In this document: positions 43,530 through 54,796 of the stretch, in pieces | How the letters are laid out: every line of letters begins with the position of its first letter | Numbering within the stretch: the first letter of the stretch is position 1 | Assembly (NCBI GenBank): GCA_030651035.1 | Contig: JAUSCK010000076.1 | Location: 1 to 59,874, forward strand | Source of the DNA: Elusimicrobiota bacterium | GTDB taxonomy: Bacteria; Elusimicrobiota; Elusimicrobia; Elusimicrobiales; UBA9959 | Direction of reading: 5' to 3' | DNA: 59,874 nucleotides | Notes under the pieces: model-generated | The model's input: the letters and a program-made list of their open reading frames with translations, nothing else | What the model was told of the DNA's origin: nothing | The model's database searches: none | Made by a program: the position numbers and the translations under genes

Positions 43530-44290
43530 TAGCGAACCTCCTTATCGAGCCCTTTGTAGAGCAGCTTGGGTTCGGTTCCCATGCTGGCCTTCAACACATT
43601 CGTTGTTTCCGTTTCATAGAACTTCGTAATTGCGCTTTTGGGGTCGCTAAGGTCCCCGAACATGCGCGCTCCAGTGGGACAGACCTCCACGCAGGCTGTA
43701 TTGAGGCCTTTTTTTATGCGGTGGTAACAAAGCGTGCATTTGTCGGCCACATGGAGCACCGGGTGGAAATAGCGGCAGCCGTAAGGGCAGGCCTGGATGC
43801 AGTAGCGGCAGCCGATGCAGTATTTGCGGTCCACCAGCACCACGCCGTCCTCGGTCTTGAAGGTGGCGCCAACGGGGCAGACCTGTTCGCAGGGGGAATT
43901 CTCGCAGTGACCGCACAGCTTGGGCACAAAAAAGCTTTTCGTGACGGTTTCCGGGTCGTGCGGGGGCAGGAAGGGGTCCATCCCGCCGTTAGGGGAATCC
44001 ACGTTGACCTCACCGTTGCGCCGTATTATGTAGCGCTCTACCCAGGTGCGGAAATAAAAAGCCTCGCGGGGAACCTCGTTCTCCGTCTTGCAGGCGTCAG
44101 CGCAGCGGCCGCAGCCGATGCACTTTGTTATGTCCACGGCGAAGCCCCAGTAGGGCTTCTTTCTTTTCCAGGGCGGCTCGCGGAAGAATTTATCGGCGGC
44201 GTGGAGCGGGGTGGAAAACACCCGCGTCGCCATAACCAGCGCGGCACCGGCGGCAGTTTTCAGGAATTGTTTGCGGCTGAAGTTTTTCAT
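43529..44290 (-). CDS. NrfC-like 4x[4Fe-4S] protein with RK-variant Tat signal (module 1)
   Basis: SRKQFLK signal; CIGCGRCADAC, CGHCENSPCEQVC, CIGCRYCIQAC and CTLC...ACVEVC. Confidence 0.92.
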   Translation of the reverse strand: MKNFSRKQFLKTAAGAALVMATRVFSTPLHAADKFFREPPWKRKKPYWGFAVDITKCIGCGRCADACKTENEVPREAFYFRTWVERYIIRRNGEVNVDSPNGGMDPFLPPHDPETVTKSFFVPKLCGHCENSPCEQVCPVGATFKTEDGVVLVDRKYCIGCRYCIQACPYGCRYFHPVLHVADKCTLCYHRIKKGLNTACVEVCPTGARMFGDLSDPKSAITKFYETETTNVLKASMGTEPKLLYKGLDKEVR

Positions 44291-44329
44291 ATTGGCTCGT
44301 GAAATAAGATCGTTAGGATTTAGCGCCTG

Positions 44330-44782
44330 TCACTTGGGCTGGTGCGGCTGATGGCACTGGTTGCAGGCCATTCCGCGGTTATGCTCCTCCAGGTCTACCT
44401 GGGGAAATTTGGCCGGCCGGGACAGGGACTTTCCGTGGCAATTCCCGCAGAAAGCCCGCATTTCGTTTTCCTTGGGCTTACTTGGCTTGACCGTCTTGGG
44501 GCTGTCGACGTGGGCCTGGAGCGCGCCGTGGCAGCTTTCGCAGCTCATATGCCGGTGGCTGGACTTGGCCTTGTCGGAGGCCTGCTGCGCGTGGCACTTC
44601 TTGCAGGCAGGTTCTCCCGCGTAGTGCCGCGGCAGCGCGAGAACGTCGTCCACGGCATTAGCGCGGTAATGGCCCAGCTTGCCGAAACTTTCTGGGACAA
44701 GGAAGCTCCGCACCAAAAGGAAGCCGACAAGCGCGGCAACAAAAATAATAATAACACGCAATAAGTGCTGGGCATCTTTCAT
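44330..44782 (-). CDS. Membrane-anchored tetrahaem cytochrome c (module 1)
   Basis: N-terminal TM; four CxxCH motifs (CKKCH, CESCH, CGNCH, CNQCH). Confidence 0.9.
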   Translation of the reverse strand: MKDAQHLLRVIIIFVAALVGFLLVRSFLVPESFGKLGHYRANAVDDVLALPRHYAGEPACKKCHAQQASDKAKSSHRHMSCESCHGALQAHVDSPKTVKPSKPKENEMRAFCGNCHGKSLSRPAKFPQVDLEEHNRGMACNQCHQPHQPK

Positions 44783-44996
44783 GTTTATATTTTACCTTAA
44801 AGTGCAGGGTATTTAAAAATCCTGGCGGAGGTCCCGCTGCCTGGCGGCCAGTAAGAATGGACTTAAGCAGCAGGCGCTGCTGCCGGGATAGCCGTGGATG
44901 GATACGGGAGCAACACCCCGGCGGTACCGCGAGGAACAGATATGCTGTGTTATTGCCGGGATCAAGCCCCGAACGGCTCCCGCCGCCTTATCCCTC

Positions 44997-45251
44997 TTAT
45001 ACGCCCTGGTCCATCCGCGCCTTTTTTCCGACAAGATAGCTCAACTCCATAAGCGTTACCGGCCAAAGCCCTATAAAGATCCCCCACCGTTCCGCGTGCG
45101 CCGCCCGTAAAACCGCCTGCATCGCGGGGTCGGAGACAGCGCTGATGACCTGCCAGCCGATCTCCAATCTCGCGCCGAAATACCACATCACCCACGACAG
45201 CGGAATGGAAAGGATTCCCAGCCAAAAAAGCACTTGAGACATTTGTTTCAT
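44997..45251 (-). CDS. Small membrane protein (84 aa)
   Basis: ATG 45251 with GGAGG at 45260-45256; two hydrophobic segments, the second ERWGIFIGLWPVTL. Confidence 0.65.
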   Translation of the reverse strand: MKQMSQVLFWLGILSIPLSWVMWYFGARLEIGWQVISAVSDPAMQAVLRAAHAERWGIFIGLWPVTLMELSYLVGKKARMDQGV

Positions 45252-45406
45252 GTTACCTCCGTGAGTATTAGTTGACGTTCCGGATTGAGCAGCTATGGAT
45301 GTAAAACCCGCCACCTAACCTGCTTTCATCATACAAAATCACTTAGGTCTTGCAACGAAATAAAAAAAGGTATCCTGTCACGTCCGCAAGACGCCGAAAA
45401 TGACCT

Positions 45407-45449
45407 GGCGCCCGGCTCTGCATATTCAGGCGGCCGGCGCCGGTTTTTT
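45407..45449 (+). terminator. Terminator-like hairpin plus T6 in the leader of the acetate kinase fusion
   Basis: GGCGCCCGGC (45407-45416) pairs with GCCGGCGCC (45433-45441) with one bulge; TTTTTT at 45444-45449. Confidence 0.45.
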
Positions 45450-45528
45450 CGTATCATTATTAAGACAGCGGGCCCTTCTTGATCGGCGGCGTTATGCGGC
45501 TGGTGATCTCAAAAAGGACGGAACGACC

Positions 45529-47838
45529 ATGGACACTTTAAAATTCCTGAAGGAACAGCCTTTATTCGCGGATCTCGCCCCGGAGACGATCGCCGGCGTG
45601 CTCAAAGATTCGCACGTAGAAAGCTACAAGCGCGGCGACATGATAATAGCGCAGGGCGAGCCCGGCTGGTTCCTCGGCGTCATGCTGGAGGGCGGGGCCG
45701 AGGCGGCCATAACCGACCAGCTCGGCGAAAGAAGGCGGCTGGGCGCCGTCAGCCCCGGGGGCGTAATAGGCGAGATGTCGCTGATGACGGGTGAGCCCAC
45801 CTCGGCGGACGTCATCGCGCTGACGGACTGCCGGATGCTGCTGGTGCCGCAGGACATCTTCACCCGCTGCCTGGTGGCCAATCCCCAGGCGATACGCTTT
45901 CTTTCCAGGATGATAGCTGAAAGGTTCGCCGAGCGGGAAAACGTGCGGGTGGAAGCCGCGCGCAAAGGCGCGGCGGCGGAGGACCCGTACGGCCTCTCCC
46001 TGCGCACGCGGGAGGCGATGAACCTGCTGGTAATAAACTGCGGGAGCTCATCCATAAAATATTCTTTTTATGACACGGCGGACGAGCGCGGCTACGCGGA
46101 GGGCCAGATAGAGCGCATAGGCCAGGAGAACGCCTCCCACGCCTACCGCGGCCCCAAGGGCGCCGTCCGCGCCGAGCTGGGGAAAACGGACCATACGGGC
46201 GCCATGAAGGCGCTGGTAGCGGCCATAACGCACCCCGGGCAGGGCGTTCTCCGCGACATAAAAGAGCTTTCGGCCATCGGGCACCGCGTGGTACACGGCG
46301 GGGACCGCTACAGCAGCGCGGTAGTCGTAGACGGCGAGGTGATCAGAGCGATAGAGGAGGCGGCCGCTTTCGCGCCGCTGCACAATCCCGTGAACCTGCT
46401 GGGCATCAAGGCCGCGCAGGAAGCCTTTCCCGGCGTTCCGAACGTGGCGGTGTTCGACACGGCGTTCCACGCGCGCATGCCGCCCTCCGCCTTCCTGTAC
46501 GCCCTGCCCTACGAATACTATGAGCGCGACAGGATAAGGCGCTACGGCTTCCACGGCACCTCCCACAAATACGTCTCGCTGGCCGCCGCCACCTTCCTCG
46601 GCAAACGGGTCGGCGAGCTCAAGATAATCTCCTGCCACCTCGGCAACGGCGCTTCCATAGCCGCCATCGAGCACGGCCGGTCGGTGGATACCAGCATGGG
46701 GATGACGCCGGTGGAGGGCCTGATAATGGGCACGCGGTCGGGCGATGTGGACGCCGGCGTCCTTGTCCACCTGGCGCGCAAGGAAGCCCTGACCCCGGAC
46801 AAGCTCGACGAGCTGGTGAACAAGCGCTCGGGGCTGCTGGGCCTCTCCGGGGTTTCCAGCGATATGCGGGAAGTGCAGAAAGCGGCCGGCGAGGGCAACC
46901 GGCGCGCCCTGCTGGCCCTGCGGGCTTTTTCTTTCCGCGTGCGGAAATACATCGGGGCCGGGCTGGCGGCCACCGGCGGGCTGGACGCGCTTATCTTTAC
47001 GGGCGGGATAGGCGAGGGCAGCGCCGAGGTGCGGGCGCTGGCCACGCAGGGCTTGGCGGGACTGGGCATAGCCATAGATGAAGAGAAGAACCGCGGCGCC
47101 AGGCTGGACCGCGCCCGCGTGGCGGAGATAACCGGGCAGGGCTCGAAAGCGCGGGTCCTGGTAGTCCATACCGACGAATCGCGGATGATAGCCCGGGAAA
47201 CTATCCGCGCCCTGGGCCGCGACCAGGTGGCTGACCTTATCCACAACAACGCTACACCCATACCCATCGAGGTCTCCGCCCGCCACGCGCACTTATGCCG
47301 GGAACATGTAGAGGCGCTTTTCGGCCCGGGCTACAGCCTGACGGCGCGCAACGAGCTTTCGCAGCCGGGCCAGTTCGCCTGCGAGGAGACCGTAACCCTG
47401 GTCGGCCCCAGGGACAGGGTAGAAAAAGTGCGGATACTGGGTCCGGAACGCAAAGAAAGCCAGGTAGAGATCTCGATGACGGAGGAGTACGCCCTTGGAA
47501 TACACGCCCCCATAAGGATATCCGGCGACCTGGAGGGCACACCGGGGCTGACCCTGGAGGGGCCTAAGGGGACGCTGGCCCTGGAAAAGGGCGTTATCCT
47601 GGCCCAGAGGCACATTCATATGTCTCCCGGCGAAGCGCTCTCGTTCGGCCTGAGGGACAGGGACGTGGTCCAGGTTAAGGTGCAGGGCGGCAGGGAACTC
47701 GTTTTCGGAGACATAGCGGTACGCGTGCACCCCGACTTCAGACTTGCCCTGCATCTCGACACCGACGAGGCTAACGCCGCGGAAATACGGACCGGCCAGT
47801 CCGGCACCCTGGCCTCGCTGCAGCACCGCCGGCACTGA
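45529..47838 (+). CDS. cNMP-binding domain + acetate kinase + PduL phosphotransacylase fusion
   Basis: Crp-type N-domain (GEMSLMTGEPTSADV). AckA motifs VINCGSSSIK, GHRVVHGG, APLHNP, RRYGFHGTSH, HLGNGAS and FTGGIGE. PduL repeats EVSARHAHL and AQRHIHMS...HLDTDEANA. Start ATG 45529. Confidence 0.92.
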   Translation: MDTLKFLKEQPLFADLAPETIAGVLKDSHVESYKRGDMIIAQGEPGWFLGVMLEGGAEAAITDQLGERRRLGAVSPGGVIGEMSLMTGEPTSADVIALTDCRMLLVPQDIFTRCLVANPQAIRFLSRMIAERFAERENVRVEAARKGAAAEDPYGLSLRTREAMNLLVINCGSSSIKYSFYDTADERGYAEGQIERIGQENASHAYRGPKGAVRAELGKTDHTGAMKALVAAITHPGQGVLRDIKELSAIGHRVVHGGDRYSSAVVVDGEVIRAIEEAAAFAPLHNPVNLLGIKAAQEAFPGVPNVAVFDTAFHARMPPSAFLYALPYEYYERDRIRRYGFHGTSHKYVSLAAATFLGKRVGELKIISCHLGNGASIAAIEHGRSVDTSMGMTPVEGLIMGTRSGDVDAGVLVHLARKEALTPDKLDELVNKRSGLLGLSGVSSDMREVQKAAGEGNRRALLALRAFSFRVRKYIGAGLAATGGLDALIFTGGIGEGSAEVRALATQGLAGLGIAIDEEKNRGARLDRARVAEITGQGSKARVLVVHTDESRMIARETIRALGRDQVADLIHNNATPIPIEVSARHAHLCREHVEALFGPGYSLTARNELSQPGQFACEETVTLVGPRDRVEKVRILGPERKESQVEISMTEEYALGIHAPIRISGDLEGTPGLTLEGPKGTLALEKGVILAQRHIHMSPGEALSFGLRDRDVVQVKVQGGRELVFGDIAVRVHPDFRLALHLDTDEANAAEIRTGQSGTLASLQHRRH

Positions 47839-47965
47839 CCGCGCTATACGGCCCCGCCGGACGAAGACGCCCGCTTTTTTGTATTATTAATAATGGCGGG
47901 AACGGGAGTTTTTTCCTGAATATCTTTAAGCGGCGGAATGAGCTAAGCGAAGGAAAAACGATAAT

Positions 47966-49449
47966 ATGACAAAAAAAGAAGATCCGATCCTTTACCGCCC
48001 CTGGGCCGAGCTGAAACAGCTGCAGAATAAAAAGCTGCACCAGTTCGTCACAAGGCACCTGTATCCCTTCAGCCCTTATTACCGCAAACTTTTCGACGAC
48101 AATAAGATCGACCCCCGCGGCATAAGGACGGCGGAAGACCTCCGCCGCATACCCTTTACCTCCAAGCAGGACTTCCGGAACGCCATTGAAAAGGACCCGG
48201 CCAAAGGAACCCTCGCCTTCTGCCTCCAGCCCGACAAGGACACTATAAAAAAATATCTCCCCAAGCTGGAGCTCGCGAAGATCATGCTCCAGCGCGCGCT
48301 TAAAGGCGAGGCCGGCCTCAAAGCCATGCTGGAGAAAGAATATAAACCCATCTTCCTGACTTCCACCGCCGGGACTACCAGCACCCCGATGCCGTTCCTT
48401 TATTCGGATTACGATATACAGAACCTGAAAGTCTACGGCGGCAGAATGATAGCCACGATAGGCATACAGAACGAAAGACTGGTTAACATGTTCCCTTACG
48501 CCCCGCACCTGGCCTTCTGGCTGGCCGTCCTGGGCGGGCTCTCAGCCAATGTCTTCGTGCTCAGCACCGGCGGCGGGAAGACCATGGGTACGGAAGGCAA
48601 TATCCGCACCATCCTTAAGATGAAACCGCAGTTCCTGCTCGGCGTGCCGAGCTACGTTTACCACGTGCTTAAAACCGCGCGCGCGGAAAACCTGGACATG
48701 AGTTTCCTGAACCGGATCATATTAGGCGCGAGCCCGGTCCCCAACGGCTTCAAAAATAAAATAGCGTCGCTGTTGAAAGAGATGGGGGCTTCTGACATAA
48801 GAGTGTTCGGCACCTACGGCTTCACCGAGGCGCGCGGCGCCTGGGCTGAATGCCCCACCGAGATAAGCGTCTCGAGCGGCTACCATACCTCGCCGGATAA
48901 AGAGATCTTTGAAGTAGTAGACCCGGTTACCGGGGAAGTGAAAGGCGAGGGCGAGGACGGGGAACTGGTATATACCGGCATAGACGCCCGCGGGACCTGC
49001 GTGCTGCGCTACCGCACGGGGGACCTGGTAAAAGGCGGGATCACCTACACCCCCTGCCCGCATTGCGGCAAGACCGTCCCCAGGATCTCCAGCCATCTGA
49101 CGCGCGCCTCGAACATAAAGAACGTCCAGCTCTCCAAGATCAAAGGCTCCCTCGTGAACCTCAACGACCTGGAGCGCTTCCTGGACGACAGGCCTGAAAT
49201 AAGCGAGTGGCAGATAGAAATACGCAAGAAGAACGACGACCCTTTCGAGGTGGACGAGCTGGTGCTGAATGTCTGTCTTCTGGGGAAAGTGGATAAGGAT
49301 AGCTTCTCCCACCTCCTGAATGAAGAAGTGCTCAGCAACGCCGAAGTCTCTTTCAACGCTATCCACTATGTCACCCACCAGGAGATTTCAGATAAGATAG
49401 AGGTGGAATCGGCGGTAAAGGCGAAAAAGATAGTAGATAAGAGGCCAAC

Positions 49450-49453
<4 letters not shown>
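47966..49453 (+). CDS. Phenylacetate-CoA ligase (PaaK)-like acyl-CoA synthetase
   Basis: LRRIPFTSKQDFR, P-loop variant TSTAGTTSTP, YGFTE and LRYRTGD motifs. Confidence 0.85.
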
Positions 49454-51861
<2,408 letters not shown>

Positions 51862-51884
51862 TGGCAAGGATTAGGAGGAGCGCA

Positions 51885-53108
51885 ATGAATAACACCCAGA
51901 GAGAGCTGTTGAAGAATGTGGTTCTCGTCGACGCCGGCGGCAGCGCGGGCGTCCGCACCGCGGTCTCGAGAGCGAAAAAGGGCGGCTTCAAAGCCGTCAG
52001 GTCGGACGACCTTGCCGCGCACGTGATAAAAGGCATCCTGGAAAGGACCAAGCTGGATCCGCTCAAGCTGAGCGAAGTAAGGCTGGGCTGCGCCTTCCCC
52101 GAAGGCGAGCAGGGCATGCAGCCGGCCCGGATGTCGGTCTTCGCCGCCGGCCTGCCGGTGGACGTCACGGCGCTTACCATTAACCGCTACTGTTCCTCCG
52201 GGCTCCAGTCTATCGTCGACGAAATCGCTTATATCGCCTGCGGCATGAAAACAATTTCCATCGCCGGCGGCATGGAGAGCATGACTATGATCCCGATGGG
52301 CGGGGTCAAGTTCGCTCCTAACCCGCGCCTTGTGGAAGAATGGCCGGAAACCTACATGTCGATGGGGCTGACCGCGGAGCTGCTGGCCGCGCAGGACGGG
52401 AATACCAGGGAAGAGCAGGACGCCTTCGCCCTGGAATCCCACAAGAAAGCCGTGAAAGCTTTGGACGCGGGCAAATGGAAGAACGAGATCCTGCCCTATA
52501 CCGTCAGGGAAATCGGCCTGGGCGGTAAAGTTAAAGAATTTATCGTGGACACAGACGAATGTCCGCGAAGGGAAACCACAATGGAGGACCTGGCCAAGTT
52601 AAAGCCCGTATTCCAGGAGAAGGGCACTGTGACAGCCGGCAATTCCTCGCAGATGAGCGACGGCGCGGCGGTGGTTATGATCACGACGCTGGAAGAGGCG
52701 GCCAGGAACGGCCTGAAGCCCGCCGCCAGGCTGGTCAGCTACGAAGTCGCCGGCGTCGCCCCTGAAATAATGGGCATCGGCCCTGTAGAAGCCATCCCCC
52801 GCGCGCTGGCTACCGCCGGCCTGAAGATAGAGGACATGGATATCATAGAGCTCAACGAGGCTTTCGCTTCGCAGTCTATCTCTGTCATCAAGAGGCTGAA
52901 GAAAGATAAAGGGATCAATATCCCCTTGGACAAGCTCAATGTGGACGGCGGCGCGCTCGCCCTGGGCCACCCGCTGGGCTGCACCGGCGCCTACCTCGCG
53001 ATAAAAGGCATCAACGAATGCCGCCGCCGCAAGGGCAAATACGTAATGGTAACAATGTGCATCGGCGGAGGCATGGGCGCCGCCGGGATATTTGAAGTAC
53101 TTTACTAG
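51885..53108 (+). CDS. Acetyl-CoA C-acyltransferase (thiolase)
   Basis: INRYCSSGLQS, NSSQMSDGAA, NEAFASQ, GHPLGCTG and MCIGGGMG motifs. Start 51885 preferred (AGGAGG upstream). Confidence 0.93.
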   Translation: MNNTQRELLKNVVLVDAGGSAGVRTAVSRAKKGGFKAVRSDDLAAHVIKGILERTKLDPLKLSEVRLGCAFPEGEQGMQPARMSVFAAGLPVDVTALTINRYCSSGLQSIVDEIAYIACGMKTISIAGGMESMTMIPMGGVKFAPNPRLVEEWPETYMSMGLTAELLAAQDGNTREEQDAFALESHKKAVKALDAGKWKNEILPYTVREIGLGGKVKEFIVDTDECPRRETTMEDLAKLKPVFQEKGTVTAGNSSQMSDGAAVVMITTLEEAARNGLKPAARLVSYEVAGVAPEIMGIGPVEAIPRALATAGLKIEDMDIIELNEAFASQSISVIKRLKKDKGINIPLDKLNVDGGALALGHPLGCTGAYLAIKGINECRRRKGKYVMVTMCIGGGMGAAGIFEVLY

Positions 53109-53146
53109 GACAACGAACCGCAGTTAGGCGCAAGTCCCGGCCGGCT

Positions 53147-54205
53147 TCATAAAGCTTTAACCCAATCATAATTGTAGGCCACATGTTTGGGTACCAGCTG
53201 GCTGTCCTTCTCGTAAACTTCGCATTCCTTTTTCGCGGCGGGCAGTACCTCTTTCAAATATTTCCTGACCAGGTCGGCTTTATTATCCTGGTCCCAGCCG
53301 CTGCCGCTGAACCAGAACGGCCTCTCGGGAACGGCGGCGAGCAGCGCCTTGGCCCCCGCGCTTAAGTCCCTGGAGCTCAGCTTTTCCAGGTAGGGCAGAA
53401 TATTCTTATGGGTATTGACCGCGACTATGAACCGGGACAGGATATAAGCCGCGAAATCGGGGCCTTCGATCGGAAGCCCCAGGGTATTCATGGTCAAGAG
53501 CACCCCAAGCCCACTCCCGCCGTTCGGAACCACGCCTTTCACCGCTTCAGAAGAGATCCTCTTTATTTCCGCTGATAATTCTTTGACCAGGTCGTCTGTT
53601 AATTTATATTTATTCATTACCGATCTTTTCAGGCCAGGAACCTCATCGGCATCTCTCGTTAAATTCTCCTTGACGGCCGAGAGCAAGAACTTCCTTACCT
53701 TTACATCCTTCAGGTAAGCGGCGGAATTATCATCCAGATACTGCATGAATTTCCTGTCAATATCCTCATAGCCCGAATCAAGGACTAGACTATAGATAGA
53801 GGCGGGATCGATCTTGACCAGCACGGCTGCGATGTCTTCGATCTCGCTGCGGTCGTAAAAATCCCGTGCTTTTATGGCGGAGAGACCGGCCTTGATCATC
53901 ACTTTCTTAAAATTTCCATTCTCTTCGAGGAAGGCAAAACCGGTGGCCAGGTTTTTTGACAAGTGGTAGGCGCTGCCGCCCCCCCGGGGCTTATCCAGCT
54001 CCTTCTCCACCAGCGCGGTCGCCGCCGTCAGCGCCATGTTCTTCCATTCTTCGGTCCGCTCGCTGGGAGCGATGTTTTTCATTTTCAGAATGGCTTCTGT
54101 ATACTCTTTCTCCTCCATCAAAACCCTTAGATCTTTCATAGTATAGCTCCCTTGCGCCGATGCGGACTGTGAGAAAAATAGAATCAAAAGAGTGAGAAAT
54201 TTCAT
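53147..54205 (-). CDS. Secreted hypothetical protein (alpha-helical)
   Basis: Signal peptide MKFLTLLILFFSQSASA; 352-aa ORF; no family recognised. Confidence 0.75.
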   Translation of the reverse strand: MKFLTLLILFFSQSASAQGSYTMKDLRVLMEEKEYTEAILKMKNIAPSERTEEWKNMALTAATALVEKELDKPRGGGSAYHLSKNLATGFAFLEENGNFKKVMIKAGLSAIKARDFYDRSEIEDIAAVLVKIDPASIYSLVLDSGYEDIDRKFMQYLDDNSAAYLKDVKVRKFLLSAVKENLTRDADEVPGLKRSVMNKYKLTDDLVKELSAEIKRISSEAVKGVVPNGGSGLGVLLTMNTLGLPIEGPDFAAYILSRFIVAVNTHKNILPYLEKLSSRDLSAGAKALLAAVPERPFWFSGSGWDQDNKADLVRKYLKEVLPAAKKECEVYEKDSQLVPKHVAYNYDWVKAL

Positions 54206-54354
54206 ATGGCCCTCCGGATAAAAATTATTTTAGGATAAAAAGCCCCATTCTTACCCCCGTTACTTCTGATAATTATTCCCGATATCCTGGGCGTCCTTAG
54301 CGTACCGGCGTAATTCCAATTGCCGGCATCAGGGCGTACCGCGTCGGGGCCGGG

Positions 54355-54792
54355 TCAGAATGGGGAATTTCCGCGGATGGCCAGCAGAGCCAGTCCGCCG
54401 GAAGCGCGCCGGCGGAAAATAAATTCGCAGCGGCCTTCCTCGAGCTTATGGTTTCCCTGCTCGTCGGTGAAACTGCGGTTCCAATGGGCGGAGACGGAAA
54501 CCTCGCCGCCCTCGGCCAGGACGGTGTCCACGATGATGTCGACGGTCAGCTGGTGGTTGCGCAGAAGGAACTCGCGTGTGCGCTCACGGAAAGCCTCATA
54601 GCCGGAGAAGTCTTTGTGGTCGAACCGCCCAAAGAAGTCTTCGGCCTGCCCGCTTTGGAATTCAGCGGTCATCCCGGAGATAGCGCCGCGGGCTTCAGCT
54701 TCCAGGGGGTTGGCGCTGCGCGTGCCGGCGGTCCCGCAGGCGGCCAGGGCCAGTACGGATGCTGCGGCGGTGAACAAAAATAGATTTCGCAT
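54355..54792 (-). CDS. Lipoprotein with NTF2/SnoaL-like domain
   Basis: Lipobox LAAC; helix followed by beta-rich DIIVDTVLAEGGEVSVSAHWNRSF...GRCEFIF. ATG 54792 is 4 nt from the upstream stop. Confidence 0.7.
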   Translation of the reverse strand: MRNLFLFTAAASVLALAACGTAGTRSANPLEAEARGAISGMTAEFQSGQAEDFFGRFDHKDFSGYEAFRERTREFLLRNHQLTVDIIVDTVLAEGGEVSVSAHWNRSFTDEQGNHKLEEGRCEFIFRRRASGGLALLAIRGNSPF

Positions 54793-54796
54793 AGGT

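Noticed and set aside
44813-45034. Minus-strand 73-aa ORF between the small membrane protein and the cytochrome operon
   Set aside because: Overlaps the upstream gene in another frame, has no RBS or motif, and probably spans the operon's promoter region.
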